Below are positions 9,531 through 19,922 of a stretch of 64,000 nucleotides of DNA, piece after piece. The stretch covers positions 9,528-73,527 of the forward strand of contig JAZAMN010000039.1 of assembly GCA_036229005.1 (NCBI GenBank), written 5' to 3'. This DNA is from Myxococcota bacterium (lineage in GTDB: Bacteria > Myxococcota_A > UBA796 > CAJQPC01). Every line of letters starts with the position of its first letter. Within the stretch, counting starts at the first letter, position 1. The notes below the pieces were generated by a model. The model made no database searches. It was not told where the DNA came from and saw nothing but the letters and a program-made list of their open reading frames with translations. The position numbers and the translations under genes were made by a program.

Positions 9531-11234
9531 TCAGTTGGGGGCGGCCTCGGCGGGGGCGGCCTCCACCAGGTAGGGGCCGATCCAGAGCGCGTCCAGGCGG
9601 CCCTGCTTGAAGGCCCGGCAGGCGTCGCCGGGCGTGCACACGATCGGCTCTTCGTGCAGGTTGAAGCTGGTGTTCACCAAGGCGGAGAGCCCGGTGCGCT
9701 GCTTCCAGGCGCGCAGCAGCCCGTGCAGGCTGGGGTTGTCCTGCTCGCGCAGGAGCTGGGGGCGCGCGGTGCCGTCCACGTGGACCACGCCTGGGCAGTC
9801 CCGGGCGAACTCGGGGGTCGCGTCAAAGCAGACGGTCATGAAGCGGGCGCTGTCGCGGGCCTTGTCGACGCCCACAAAGCACCGCTCGGCGTCCTCGTCC
9901 AGCACCACGGGGGCGAAGGGCATGAACTCGCTGCGCGAGAGCCGGGCGTTCAGCCAGTCGTTGGCCGAGGGGTCGTCGGGGCGCACCAGCAGGCTGCGGT
10001 TGCCCAGGGCCCGGGGGCCGAACTCCATGGCGCCGTCAAAGCGGGCGACCACCTTGCCGGCCTCGAGCAGGTCCAGCACGCGGGGCTGCACCTTGGCGCC
10101 CTTCTGGGGCCGCAGGCCCGCGACCGCGAGGGCGCGTCCGATGTCCTCGTCGGTGAACCGGGGGCCGAGGTAGAGGGACTCCAGGGTGCGAGGTGGTGCA
10201 CCCGCAGAGGCCAGGGCCGCTCCCACAGCCAGCCCTCCATCCCCCATGTTGGGGAAGACCGACAGGGTGCTGACGCAGTCCAGCTCGGCGATGCGCTGGT
10301 TGAGCTTCACGTTGGCGAACACCCCGCCGCAGACGGCCACGGTCGAGATGCCCGTGCGCCGGACGTGGTGGCGGACCAGGTCGCAGACGGCCTCCTCCAG
10401 GGTCTGCTGGGCGGCGGCGGCGATCTCCTCGCGGGAGTAGCGCTGGAGCGCGCGGTACCAGGGGTCCTGGGGGCTGTGGCGGCGCAGGTAGTTCTCGCGG
10501 GAGAAGCGGCCGCGGCGGAAGCTGAGCTTGTCCCGCATGTGCTCCAGCAGCTTGGGCGGGGGCGTGGCGAGGGCGGCGAGGCCGGTGACCTTGCCCTCGT
10601 GGCGGTTGGCCGTGAAGCCCAGCAGCTCGGTGATGCGGGAGTAGAAGGTGTTGATCGCCGCGAACCCCGACTGGCTCCACTGCAGCTCCAGCAGGCCGTT
10701 CCGCCCCACGTGGCAGCTCGCCGAGCGGCCGTCGCCCATCGCGTCCACCGTGAGCACCAGGCAGGTGGCGTGTTCCTGGGCGCGGTAGGCGGCCTGGGCG
10801 TGGGTGGTGTGGTGGTCCAGCACCTCGACCTGGGCCTTGCGGAAGCCGCGCAGGACCATGCGCTTGTCCAGCAGGCGGCGGCAGGCCTCGGCCTCCTGCA
10901 TGTGCATGCCCGTGGAGCGCAGGGCCACCTGGTAGCTGATGTAGGCGTTGAGGGCGGGGTCGAACTGGCCGCCGCTGGCCTTGCGGCCGTGGTGCACCTC
11001 TGGGAAGCGGCGCAGGGCCCAGGAGGGCGTGAAGGCCGTGCCGAACACCACGCGGTCGATCTCGCGCGCCTTGACCCCGGCCTGGTCCAGCACGGCGTCG
11101 ATGGCACCCCAGGGGAAGGCCCCGGAGTTCTTGACCCGGTCGATGCGCTCCTGGGCGCAGGCCCCCACGAGCTGGCCGTCGGCGACCAGGGCAGCGCTGG
11201 CGTCGTGGTTGTCGGAGAGGCCCAGGATCAGCAT
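9531..11234 (-). CDS. Carbamoyltransferase (NodU/CmcH family)
   Basis: HDASAAL, QERIDRVK, HHTTHA, DAMGD, EGKVTGLA, GGVFANVKLN, EFGPRALGNRS, VHVDGTARPQ, NTSFNLHEEP. Confidence 0.93.
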   Translation of the reverse strand: MLILGLSDNHDASAALVADGQLVGACAQERIDRVKNSGAFPWGAIDAVLDQAGVKAREIDRVVFGTAFTPSWALRRFPEVHHGRKASGGQFDPALNAYISYQVALRSTGMHMQEAEACRRLLDKRMVLRGFRKAQVEVLDHHTTHAQAAYRAQEHATCLVLTVDAMGDGRSASCHVGRNGLLELQWSQSGFAAINTFYSRITELLGFTANRHEGKVTGLAALATPPPKLLEHMRDKLSFRRGRFSRENYLRRHSPQDPWYRALQRYSREEIAAAAQQTLEEAVCDLVRHHVRRTGISTVAVCGGVFANVKLNQRIAELDCVSTLSVFPNMGDGGLAVGAALASAGAPPRTLESLYLGPRFTDEDIGRALAVAGLRPQKGAKVQPRVLDLLEAGKVVARFDGAMEFGPRALGNRSLLVRPDDPSANDWLNARLSRSEFMPFAPVVLDEDAERCFVGVDKARDSARFMTVCFDATPEFARDCPGVVHVDGTARPQLLREQDNPSLHGLLRAWKQRTGLSALVNTSFNLHEEPIVCTPGDACRAFKQGRLDALWIGPYLVEAAPAEAAPN

Positions 11235-11276
11235 GTGCAGCTCGGGTTTTGGGGGCGGATCATCTCACGCCCGCGC

Positions 11277-12386
11277 TCAGGGGCGGTACACCAGGATGCG
11301 CGCCCGCAGGTTGCCGTTGAAGACCCGAAGGTTGAGCTCCGGCTTCATGCCCCAGCCCTTGCCGGGGGAGTCGCCGCCGGCCAGGATCACGACGGTCCAG
11401 CCGCGGGCGTTGTCGCGGATCCACTGACCCAGCTCGCCGCGCATGGCCTGGTCTTCGTGCAGGCGCATGCCGTGCGGCGGGTTCATGCAGAGCAGGCCGG
11501 GGCGCGGGGGGAGGCGGGTGCCCAGGACGTGGCCCTGCTGGAGCTGCAGGTAGCTGGAGAGGCGGGCCGCCTTCGCGTTGTCCTCGCAGGCGTCCAGAGC
11601 CCGGGGCTCGATGTCGGCGCCATAGAGGCGGACCTTGGTGGACCCGGGTGCCTGGCCCTCCATCAGCTCCTTGAAGCCCTTGGCCTGGAAGCCGGGGAGG
11701 CGCTGGAAGGCGTAGGTGCGGGGGCGCGCGGCGGGGCGCAGACCCAGGGCCATGCGGCCGGCTTCGATCAGCAGGGTGCCGGAGCCGCACATGGGGTCGA
11801 CCACGGGGCCCTTGAAGTCCCAGCCGCTGGCCAGGATGCAGGCGGCCGCCAGGGTCTCGCGCATGGGCGCGGGGGTGGTGGAGACGCGGTAGCCGCGGTG
11901 GTCCAGGGACAGCCCGCTGGTGTCCAGCAGCAGGGTGGCCTGGTTGCGGTACAGGCGCACGCGCAGGCGCAGATCCGGGTCATCGCGGTCGACGTCGGCG
12001 CGCTCTCCCCAGCGGTCCCGCTGGTGGTCCACCAGGGCGTCCTTGCAGATCAGCGCGACCTGCTGGGCGTTGTCCATCTCCGAGGCGGCGGTGCTGGCCC
12101 GGAACGCGAAGGTGGAGCGGGGGTGGAAGAGGGAGGAGTCATCGTCCTTGAGCAGCTTGCGCAGCCCACCGTAGAGCCGCTCCTTGCGCGCGCCGGACCA
12201 GGATCCCAGCTCGACGAGGACCCGGTTGGCGGTCCGCAGCCAGAGGTTGGCCTTCCAGACGCCGGGCCAGTCGGACTCGAAGCCCACGGCGCCGACGCCG
12301 GGCTTGTCCGGGGCCAGCCCCAGCTTGGTGAGCTCGGCGGCCAGGAGGTCTTCCAGGCCCTTGGCGCAGGTGGCGACGCAGTGCAT
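11277..12386 (-). CDS. THUMP-domain RNA methyltransferase (RlmL-like)
   Basis: GLEDLLAAEL, LRTANRV, LDTSGLSLDHRGYR, APMRETLAA, DPMCGSGT, NPPHG. Confidence 0.88.
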   Translation of the reverse strand: MHCVATCAKGLEDLLAAELTKLGLAPDKPGVGAVGFESDWPGVWKANLWLRTANRVLVELGSWSGARKERLYGGLRKLLKDDDSSLFHPRSTFAFRASTAASEMDNAQQVALICKDALVDHQRDRWGERADVDRDDPDLRLRVRLYRNQATLLLDTSGLSLDHRGYRVSTTPAPMRETLAAACILASGWDFKGPVVDPMCGSGTLLIEAGRMALGLRPAARPRTYAFQRLPGFQAKGFKELMEGQAPGSTKVRLYGADIEPRALDACEDNAKAARLSSYLQLQQGHVLGTRLPPRPGLLCMNPPHGMRLHEDQAMRGELGQWIRDNARGWTVVILAGGDSPGKGWGMKPELNLRVFNGNLRARILVYRP

Positions 12387-12420
12387 GGGGGCCCCTTTAG
12401 CGCGGCCGGGGCGCCGGGGC

Positions 12421-13026
12421 CTACCCCAAGAGCAGCAGAGTGGCCCACACGGCCAGCACCAGCACCCCGAAGGGCACCTGCGTCAGCGCGCGCTCCCGGT
12501 AGACGCTGCGCTGGGCGTGCCAGCCGGCGAACACCACCATGGCCCCGTAGACCAGGGTGAACGCCGCGCCCAGGGCGGTCGGTGGGCCCAGGGCCTTGGC
12601 CAGGTCGTTGGGGTCTCCCGAGAGCCACTGGAAGAGCTGGTAGCTGGGCTCCAGGAGCGGGGTGACCACACCCCACACAAAGAGGAAGCCCGCCCAGAAC
12701 GGGGTCTTGGGTGGCCGGGTGACGGCGAGGACCGTGAGGGCCAGACCGACCCCGAGCCCGGTCAGCGAGGGCGCGACGGAGACCCAGAAGCTGGCGCTGG
12801 GGTGGGGGCTGGGGAGGGTGTAGGACATGTGCCCCCAGCTCCCGTTCCCGGGCAGCACCCAGATATGGCCGATCTCCGCCCCGAAGGCCTTGGCCGCGGC
12901 GGCGTGGGCCAACTCGTGGCAGGTGGTCACGAAGATCGCCATGGGGACGGCCAGCAGCAGGTGGACGGCGTGGGCGCGCAGGTAGCGCCAGAGCTCGGAG
13001 GCGACGGCGCGGGGGCGGTCGCTCAC
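12421..13026 (-). CDS. Membrane protein with HExxH motif (M50-like metallopeptidase)
   Basis: TTCHELAHA in a hydrophobic segment, several TMs; GTG start overlaps the kinase stop. Confidence 0.65.
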   Translation of the reverse strand: MSDRPRAVASELWRYLRAHAVHLLLAVPMAIFVTTCHELAHAAAAKAFGAEIGHIWVLPGNGSWGHMSYTLPSPHPSASFWVSVAPSLTGLGVGLALTVLAVTRPPKTPFWAGFLFVWGVVTPLLEPSYQLFQWLSGDPNDLAKALGPPTALGAAFTLVYGAMVVFAGWHAQRSVYRERALTQVPFGVLVLAVWATLLLLG

Positions 13027-14066
13027 TCGGGCAGCCGGACCACGAAGCGCACGCCGCCGATGACGTTCTCGGCGCTCAGCTCCCCCTGGTGGGCGTTCAC
13101 GATGCGCCAGGCCTCGCTCAGTCCCAGGCCCGTGCCCCCCTCCCGGGTGGTGGAGAAGGGGTCGAAGATCCGCTCCAGCTCGGTCTCCGGGATGGGCGGT
13201 CCGTTGTTCCACAGCACCATCCCCCAGGGCTGGGCCTGCAGCGCCAGGAAGCCGCCCTGCTCCAGGGCCTGGAGGGCGTTCAGGCCGATGGCCAGGGCCA
13301 CCTGGACGAGCTGCTCTTCGTCCGCGAGCACGGTGCCGGCCTCGTCGGTGGTGAGCATCAGCTCGGTGCCCTGCCGGCTGGCCTGGGCGCGCAGCAGCTC
13401 CTGGACGCGCTCCAGCACGGCGCCGGTCTGCACGGGCGCGACCTGCGGTGGGGTCTTGCCGGCGAAGCGCAAGAAGCGCCCCAGCAGGGTGCTGAGGCGA
13501 TCGATCTCCTGCAGCAGGGACTTGCCCATGCGGGCCTCGGGGGCGTGCTCGGGCACCGCGTCCAGCAGGATCTCGGCGCTGCCGCGCATGGCGTGCAGAG
13601 GGTTCCGGATCTCGTGGGCCAGTCCGGCGGTGAGCTGCCCCAAGGACTCCAGGCGAGCGGCGCGGCTCAGGCGCTGCTGCTGCTCGCGGACCTGGGCCGC
13701 CAGCGCCGCCTGGCGGTCGAAGAGGCTGCCCGAGAAGCCCCCGATGAGCAGGTAGAAGCCCATCTCCAGCAGCTTCTCGGAGCCCTGTCCGGGGTCCCCG
13801 TGGTGGCTCTGGCCGAACACATCCGGGAGCGCGTGGGGGAGGTAGACCCCGATGGTCAGCGCGGCCACCGCCAGGCCCCCTTGGACCCCGGCGTGCCAGG
13901 CCCCCAGGATGATGGGCACGTAGAAGAGCCGGCGCGCGACGTCGTGCACCCAGTGGAGCTGGTGGGGGGCGCCGTAGTGCATGCCGGCGATGGCGAGCAG
14001 AGGCAGCCACACCTGCCAGAGGGCGGGCAGGGTGAGCAGCCAGCGGGCCCCGCGGGGGGCGCTCAA
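13023..14066 (-). CDS. Sensor histidine kinase (NtrB/ZraS-like) with His-rich membrane sensor
   Basis: LAHEIRNPL H-box, FDPFSTT, GTGLGL; N-terminal TMs with HQLHWVHD and SHHGD. Confidence 0.9.
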   Translation of the reverse strand: MSAPRGARWLLTLPALWQVWLPLLAIAGMHYGAPHQLHWVHDVARRLFYVPIILGAWHAGVQGGLAVAALTIGVYLPHALPDVFGQSHHGDPGQGSEKLLEMGFYLLIGGFSGSLFDRQAALAAQVREQQQRLSRAARLESLGQLTAGLAHEIRNPLHAMRGSAEILLDAVPEHAPEARMGKSLLQEIDRLSTLLGRFLRFAGKTPPQVAPVQTGAVLERVQELLRAQASRQGTELMLTTDEAGTVLADEEQLVQVALAIGLNALQALEQGGFLALQAQPWGMVLWNNGPPIPETELERIFDPFSTTREGGTGLGLSEAWRIVNAHQGELSAENVIGGVRFVVRLPE

Positions 14067-15385
14067 TCGCCCTCCAGGCCGTACTTCTCGATGCGGTAGG
14101 CCAGGATGTGCCGGGGGACCGACAGGGCCCGCGCCGCCTGGCTGACGTTGCCGTCCGCCTGCTCCAGGAAGTGCCGGATGACCTCGGCTTCGATGTCGAT
14201 CAGGCTGGTCCCTGCAGGGATGTGCTCCAGCCAGCTCTGGGAGGTGGGCCCAGGTGTGCGCCGCTCCGGGGGCAGCTCCTCCTCCTGCACCTGCTGCCCG
14301 GTGGCCAGGATGGCGAGGCGCTCACACAGGTTGCGCAGCTCCCGCACGTTGCCCGGGAACCGCCTCGCCTTCAGCGCCCGGATGGCGCCTGGGCTCAGGG
14401 TCAGGCGGTGGCTGGCGAAGCTGTCCAGGAAGGCCTGGGCCAGCACGGGGATGTCGTCTGGGCGCTCGCGCAGCGGCGGCAGCTCCACCCGGACCACGTC
14501 CAGGCGGAAGAGCAGATCCTCTCGGAAGCTCCCTGCCGCGACCAGCGCGTCCAGGTCCTGGTGGGTCGCCGCAAGCACCCGCAGATCCACGGGCTGCTCT
14601 CGGTCGCTGCCCAGCACGGGGACCTGTCCCTCCTGGAGCACCCGCAGCAGCTTGGCCTGCACGGGGAGGGGGAGCTCACCGACTTCGTCCAGCAGCAGCG
14701 TGCCCCCATCGGCGGCCCGGAAGCGCCCCAGCCGGGCCTCCCGCGCGCCGGTGAAGGCCCCCGCCTGATGCCCGAAGAGCTCGGCCTCCAGCAGCTCGGC
14801 GGGGATGGCTGCGCAGGAGACCGCCACGAAGGGTCCCTGGGCTCGGCGCGAGCGCGCGTGGATGCGACGCGCGATCAGCTCCTTCCCCGTCCCCGACTCC
14901 CCCAGGATCAGCACCGGTGCGTTGGCCTGGGCCACCCGGTCCACCAGCGCCAGGGTGCGCTTGAGGGGCTCCGAGTCCCCCAGGATGGGGCGCTCCACGG
15001 TGCTCAGGCGGGCGTTGTCCCGGCGCAGCCGCGCCGTCTCCAGGGCGCGCTTTGCCGAGAGGATGAGCTGGTCGCGGGAGAAGGGCTTCTCCAGGAAGTG
15101 CCAGGCCCCCGCCTTCATGGCGCCCACCGCGTTGTCCACGCTGCCGTAGGCCGTCACCACAAGCACCGGCAGGGCGGGCTGCAGCCGGAGCAGGGCCTCC
15201 AGCAGCTCCATCCCGCCCATGCGCGGCATCTGCAGGTCGGTGATCACCAGCTCGTGCCGCGTGGGATCGAAGCGCTCCAGCGCCTCCACCCCGTCCGCGG
15301 CCAGCTCCACCTGCAGCCCCGCCTTGCTCAGGTTGTGCTGCGCGATGTCCCGCAGGGTGGGGTCGTCGTCGACGAAGAGGATCAT
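14063..15385 (-). CDS. Sigma54-dependent response regulator (NtrC family)
   Basis: Receiver domain, [40 protein letters not shown]-terminal HTH. Confidence 0.96.
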   Translation of the reverse strand: MILFVDDDPTLRDIAQHNLSKAGLQVELAADGVEALERFDPTRHELVITDLQMPRMGGMELLEALLRLQPALPVLVVTAYGSVDNAVGAMKAGAWHFLEKPFSRDQLILSAKRALETARLRRDNARLSTVERPILGDSEPLKRTLALVDRVAQANAPVLILGESGTGKELIARRIHARSRRAQGPFVAVSCAAIPAELLEAELFGHQAGAFTGAREARLGRFRAADGGTLLLDEVGELPLPVQAKLLRVLQEGQVPVLGSDREQPVDLRVLAATHQDLDALVAAGSFREDLLFRLDVVRVELPPLRERPDDIPVLAQAFLDSFASHRLTLSPGAIRALKARRFPGNVRELRNLCERLAILATGQQVQEEELPPERRTPGPTSQSWLEHIPAGTSLIDIEAEVIRHFLEQADGNVSQAARALSVPRHILAYRIEKYGLEGD

Positions 15386-18300
15386 GACTCAGCAGTAGCA
15401 CGCGCCTGCTGCAGCCGGCGCATCAAGAGGTAGAGCACGGGCAGCACCACCAGCGTGAGCAGCGTGGAGCTGAGCAGTCCGCCCACCATGGGCGCGGCGA
15501 TGCGCTTCATGACCCGGGTGCCGGTCTCGGTCCCCACCAGGATGGGCAGCAGCCCGATGGTGGTGGTCGCGACGGTCATCAGCTTGGGGCGCAGGCGGTC
15601 CACGGCGCCCGCCATGATCGCCGCGTGCCGCTCGGCCGCGGACCTGAGCCCGCCGCGCTCCCCGGCGCTCTCCCAGGCCTCGTCCAGGTACACCAGCATC
15701 ACCACGCCGGTCTCCGCGCTCAGGCCCAGCAGGGCGATGAAGCCCACGCCCACGGCCACCGAGAGCTTGAAGTCCAGGGCCCACAGCAGCCACACGCCGC
15801 CCACCGGCGCGAAGAGCACCGTCGACAGCAAGATCAGCAGCGGCCGGCCCCAGTCCCGGAAGTACAGCGTGAGCAGCAGCAGGATGCCCACCAGGGTCAG
15901 GGGGATCAGCCACGCCATGCGCGCCTTGGCCCGCTGCATGTACGCGTACTGCCCGCTCCACTCCAGGGACACGCCCGGGGGCCGGGGGATGGCCTCCGCC
16001 GCCGCCTGGAGCCGTGCCACGCTCCCGCCCAGGTCGTCATTGTCCAGGTCGATGAGCACCCAGCTCGTGGGCCGCGCGTTCTCGCTCTTGATCATCGGCG
16101 GGCCCTGGCTGAGCTCGATGTCCGCGAGTTGCGCCAAGGGCACGGTGTGGCCCATGGGGGTGGCCACCGGGATGCGCGCGATGGCCTGGGGATCCGAGCG
16201 CAGCTCGCGGGGGAGGCGCAGGTTGATGGGCACCCGCTCCAGCCCCTCCACCGCCCAGCTCAGGTTCTGCCCCCCGATGCCGGAGCGCACGGTGTCCTGC
16301 ACGTCGGCCACGCTCAGGCCAAAGCGCGCCGCGTCCATCCGGCGCACCTGGACGTCCAGGTAGTTGCCCCCCACGGCCCGCTCCGCGTAGACCGAGGACA
16401 CCCCGTCCACCTGCGAGAGCGCCGCCTCGAGCTGCCGGCCGTAGTCGCTGAGCACCTGCAGGTCATCGCCGCTCAGCTTGAGGCCCACCGGGGTCTTGAT
16501 GCCCGTGGCCTGCATGTCCATGCGCGTCTTGATGGGCATGGTCCAGGAGTTGGTGAGCCCAGGGAAGCGCACCTGCTCGTTCAGCTCCGCCGCGATGTCC
16601 TCGATGGTCTTGCCCGCCGGCCAGGTCTCCTTGGGCGTGAGCTGGATGGTGGTCTCGATCATGGTCAGCGGCGCCGGATCCGTGGCGGTCTCCGCCCGCC
16701 CGACCTTGCCCAGGACGCCCTCCACCTGGGGGTGCGCCAGGATCAGCGCGTCCGTCTGCTGGAGCAGCTCCTTGGCCTTGGTCACGCTCAGGCCCGGCGG
16801 GGTCGTGGGCATGTAGAGGAGCGAGCCCTCGTTGAGGGGAGGCATGAACTCCGAACCGAGCTGGCTGGTGGGCCACAGGCTCACCGCTGACAGGATCCCG
16901 GCCCCAGCGAGGACAACCCAGGGTCGCCGGAGCGCCGCCTTGAGCAGGGGGCGGTAGGCCGCGATGCTCCACCGGCTCAGGGGGTTGTCGCTCTCGGAGG
17001 GCGCCTTGCCGCGGGTCAGCCACACCATCAGCGCCGGAATCAGGGTCACCGAGAGCAGCGCGGAGAAACCCATCGCCAGGGTCTTGGTCCAGGCCAGGGG
17101 CCGGAACATGCGCCCCTCCTGCTGCTGCAGGCCGAACACCGGCGCGAAGCTCAGGGTGACGATCAGCAGCGAGAAGAACAGGGCCGGGCCCACCTGCGTG
17201 CAGGCGCGGATCACCGCCTCCCGGTGGCTCAGCTCGGGGTGGTGTTCGCGCTGCTTGTGCAGGTTCTCCACCATCACCACCGAGGCGTCCACCATCACGC
17301 CGATCGCGATGGCGATGCCCCCCAGGGACATGATGTTGGCCCCCACGCCCAGCACCCGCATGCCCGCGAAGGCCGCGAGCACGCCTACGGGCAGCGACAG
17401 GATGGGCACCAGCGCCGAGCGGAAGTGCAGCAGGAAGAGCAGGCACACCAGCGCGACGACCGCCATCTCCTCCAGCAGCTTCACCCGCAGGGTGCGCACG
17501 GCGTCCTGGATCAGCGCGCTGCGGTCGTAGGCCACGTGGATCTCGACCCCCTGGGGCAGCGCCGGCTGGATGGCCTCCAGGCGCTCCTTGACCCCGGCGA
17601 TCACCTCGATGGCATCGCCCCCCTGGCGCATCACCACGATGCCGCTGACGACCTCTCCCAGGCCGTTCCACTCGGTCAGCCCGCGGCGCAGCTCGGGCCC
17701 CACCTGCACGTGCGCGACCTGCTGCAGCAGGATGGGGGTGTGGGAGTCCTTGGCCATGCCCACCGGCAGCACCTCCAGGTCCTGGACCCCCTGGATGCGC
17801 CCCTCGCTGCGCACCATGAACTCGGTCTCGGCCAGCTCGACCACCCGCCCGCCGACGTCCTGGTTTCCCTCCTTCACGGCCTTGCGCACCGCGGACATGG
17901 GCAGCCCGAAGGCCCGCAGCTTCTCGGGGTCCACGACCACCTGGTACTGCTTGACGAAGCCGCCCACCGACGCGACCTCGGCCACGTCCTCCACTGCCAT
18001 CAGGTCGTAGCGAAGCTGCCAGTCCTGCACCGAGCGGAGCTGCTGCAGGTCGACGCCCCGGAAGTTCGCCAGGGCCAGCCACTCGCTCTCGGACAGCCCG
18101 TCCTCGCCGTCGCGATCGAATGCAGCGAGGGTCTCGGGGGGGATCTCGGGCCAGGTGGTGGGGAGCTCACTCTCGCTCACCAAGCCGTCCTCATCCGCAT
18201 CCCACTCAGAGCGCAGAGCCTGCGCCGTGGGGGTGGAGTCGGTCACCAGATACTGGAGCACCCAGCCCACCCCAGTCGCATCGGGTCCGAGCTGCGGGGT

Positions 18301-18702
18301 CACGCCCTCGGGGAGCTGCGCCTGGGCCACGCTCAGGGACTCCAGCACCCGCGAGCGCGCGTCGTACAGGGGCATCCCGTCCTCGAAGACCACGTAGATC
18401 ATCGAGAGGCCAAAGAAGCTGTAGCCGCGCACATCCTGGGACTGCGGCGTGGTCAGCAGCGCCGCGGACAGGGGGGTCGTGACCTGGTCCTGCACCACCT
18501 GGGGCGACTGGCCGGGGGCCTGCGTGACCACGATGACCTGGGTGTCGCTCAGGTCCGGGATGGCGTCCAGGGGCGTCTGCCGAGCCGCCTGGATCCCCAG
18601 CAGCGCCAGCACCGCGGCCAGCAGCACCACCAGGGCCGGGCGGTCGACGCTGGCCTGGATGGTCCGCGCGATCAGCCCATCGGAGGGCGCCTGGCCAGCC
18701 AT
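15382..18702 (-). CDS. cusA: CusA/CzcA heavy-metal RND permease with EF-hand insertion
   Basis: LDAIPDLSDTQVIV, GPDATGVGW, GGIAIAIGVMVDA, FMPPLNEG, TDPAPLTMIET, WTMPIKTR, RLRPKLMT. Confidence 0.93.
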   Translation of the reverse strand: MAGQAPSDGLIARTIQASVDRPALVVLLAAVLALLGIQAARQTPLDAIPDLSDTQVIVVTQAPGQSPQVVQDQVTTPLSAALLTTPQSQDVRGYSFFGLSMIYVVFEDGMPLYDARSRVLESLSVAQAQLPEGVTPQLGPDATGVGWVLQYLVTDSTPTAQALRSEWDADEDGLVSESELPTTWPEIPPETLAAFDRDGEDGLSESEWLALANFRGVDLQQLRSVQDWQLRYDLMAVEDVAEVASVGGFVKQYQVVVDPEKLRAFGLPMSAVRKAVKEGNQDVGGRVVELAETEFMVRSEGRIQGVQDLEVLPVGMAKDSHTPILLQQVAHVQVGPELRRGLTEWNGLGEVVSGIVVMRQGGDAIEVIAGVKERLEAIQPALPQGVEIHVAYDRSALIQDAVRTLRVKLLEEMAVVALVCLLFLLHFRSALVPILSLPVGVLAAFAGMRVLGVGANIMSLGGIAIAIGVMVDASVVMVENLHKQREHHPELSHREAVIRACTQVGPALFFSLLIVTLSFAPVFGLQQQEGRMFRPLAWTKTLAMGFSALLSVTLIPALMVWLTRGKAPSESDNPLSRWSIAAYRPLLKAALRRPWVVLAGAGILSAVSLWPTSQLGSEFMPPLNEGSLLYMPTTPPGLSVTKAKELLQQTDALILAHPQVEGVLGKVGRAETATDPAPLTMIETTIQLTPKETWPAGKTIEDIAAELNEQVRFPGLTNSWTMPIKTRMDMQATGIKTPVGLKLSGDDLQVLSDYGRQLEAALSQVDGVSSVYAERAVGGNYLDVQVRRMDAARFGLSVADVQDTVRSGIGGQNLSWAVEGLERVPINLRLPRELRSDPQAIARIPVATPMGHTVPLAQLADIELSQGPPMIKSENARPTSWVLIDLDNDDLGGSVARLQAAAEAIPRPPGVSLEWSGQYAYMQRAKARMAWLIPLTLVGILLLLTLYFRDWGRPLLILLSTVLFAPVGGVWLLWALDFKLSVAVGVGFIALLGLSAETGVVMLVYLDEAWESAGERGGLRSAAERHAAIMAGAVDRLRPKLMTVATTTIGLLPILVGTETGTRVMKRIAAPMVGGLLSSTLLTLVVLPVLYLLMRRLQQARATAES

Positions 18703-19922
18703 CAGCGCGCCTCCGTCATCTGGCGCAGGGCCTCCTGGAGCTGGCTCTCGGAGTCGATCAGGAACTGGCCGCTGAGCACGATCTCATCGCCCGCCTGCAG
18801 CCCGCTCCGGATCTCCGTCATGCGGCCGTCGCCCTGGAGCCCCAGCCCGACCTCCCGCGGCTCGAAGGTGCCCGCCGCCGCCTGGACGAACACGATGTCC
18901 CGGTTGCCGCTGCGCAAGATGGCCTCTCCGGGGACGGCGAGCACCTCCTGGGCCTGCTGCGCCTGGATGTCCACCGTGGCGAACATGCCCGGCTTGAGGC
19001 GCACCCCCGGGTTCTCGAACTCCAGGCGCACGCGCAGGGTGCGGGAGAGGGGATCCAGGGTCGGGTACACGTAGGCCACCGAGCCCTGCAGCGTGGTGCC
19101 CGGCGCGTAGCTCAGGCTCAGCTCGGCCGGCTGGCCCACCTCGATCCAGGGCGCCTCGAACTCGTAGACCTCGGCCGTGACCCAGATGCTCTGCAGATCT
19201 CCGATGCGGTACAGCTCCTGGCCGGCCTGCACCGAGGCGCCCTCCACCACGGCCTTGGACAACACGAAGCCGGCCCCCGGCGCGCGGATGGGCAGGGTGC
19301 GTGAGGGCTCCCCGGCCTTGGCCACCCGCTGCAGGTCCTGGGCCGCGATGCCCCAGAGCTCGATGCGTCGCTGCGCCGACCGCGCGAGCTGGGAGTCCGA
19401 GCCCTGGGTCCGGATCGCCAGCAGGTACTCCTCCTGGGCCGCCACCAGCTCCGGGCTGTAGAGCTCAAAGAGCCGCTGCCCCACCTTGACCGGGTCCCCG
19501 GTGCGCTCCACGTAGACCTTCTCCACCCAGCCCGAGACCCGCAGACTGACCACGGACAGCTCGTCTTCTCCGACCTCGACCTCGCCCAGCACGCGCAGGT
19601 GGCGGCTCAAGGTGGTGGGCTCCAGTCGCTGGGTGCGCACCCCCATGTTCTGCACCACGTGGGCGTCGATGTGCACCGCCTCGCCCCCGCTGTGCCCTTC
19701 GTGCCCACTGTGATCGGCGTGCCCGGCCTCGGGCTCCCCCGAGCGCTCCACAAGGTCCATCCCGCAGATCGGGCAGCTCCCGAACTCCTCGCGCAGGATC
19801 TCCGGGTGCATCGGGCAGGTCCACAGGGTCTGGGGCGCCTGCTCGGTCGCCTCGCTGTGGTCCGCGTGGGAGCCACAGCCCCACAGCACGCTCAAGGTCA
19901 GCAGCAGCCAGGTCAGCATCAC
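18702..19922 (-). CDS. cusB: CusB-like RND periplasmic adaptor with heavy-metal-binding domain
   Basis: WTCPMHPEI..CPICGMDLV, His-rich linker, LYSPELVAAQEEYL, LKPGMFA, GQFLIDSES. Confidence 0.92.
   Translation of the reverse strand: MMLTWLLLTLSVLWGCGSHADHSEATEQAPQTLWTCPMHPEILREEFGSCPICGMDLVERSGEPEAGHADHSGHEGHSGGEAVHIDAHVVQNMGVRTQRLEPTTLSRHLRVLGEVEVGEDELSVVSLRVSGWVEKVYVERTGDPVKVGQRLFELYSPELVAAQEEYLLAIRTQGSDSQLARSAQRRIELWGIAAQDLQRVAKAGEPSRTLPIRAPGAGFVLSKAVVEGASVQAGQELYRIGDLQSIWVTAEVYEFEAPWIEVGQPAELSLSYAPGTTLQGSVAYVYPTLDPLSRTLRVRLEFENPGVRLKPGMFATVDIQAQQAQEVLAVPGEAILRSGNRDIVFVQAAAGTFEPREVGLGLQGDGRMTEIRSGLQAGDEIVLSGQFLIDSESQLQEALRQMTEAR

Noticed and set aside
9444..12560. 1038-aa plus-strand ORF, and similar long ORFs such as 24993-28088, 25756-28230 and 54109-56175
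   Set aside because: Shadow frames overlapping well-supported genes
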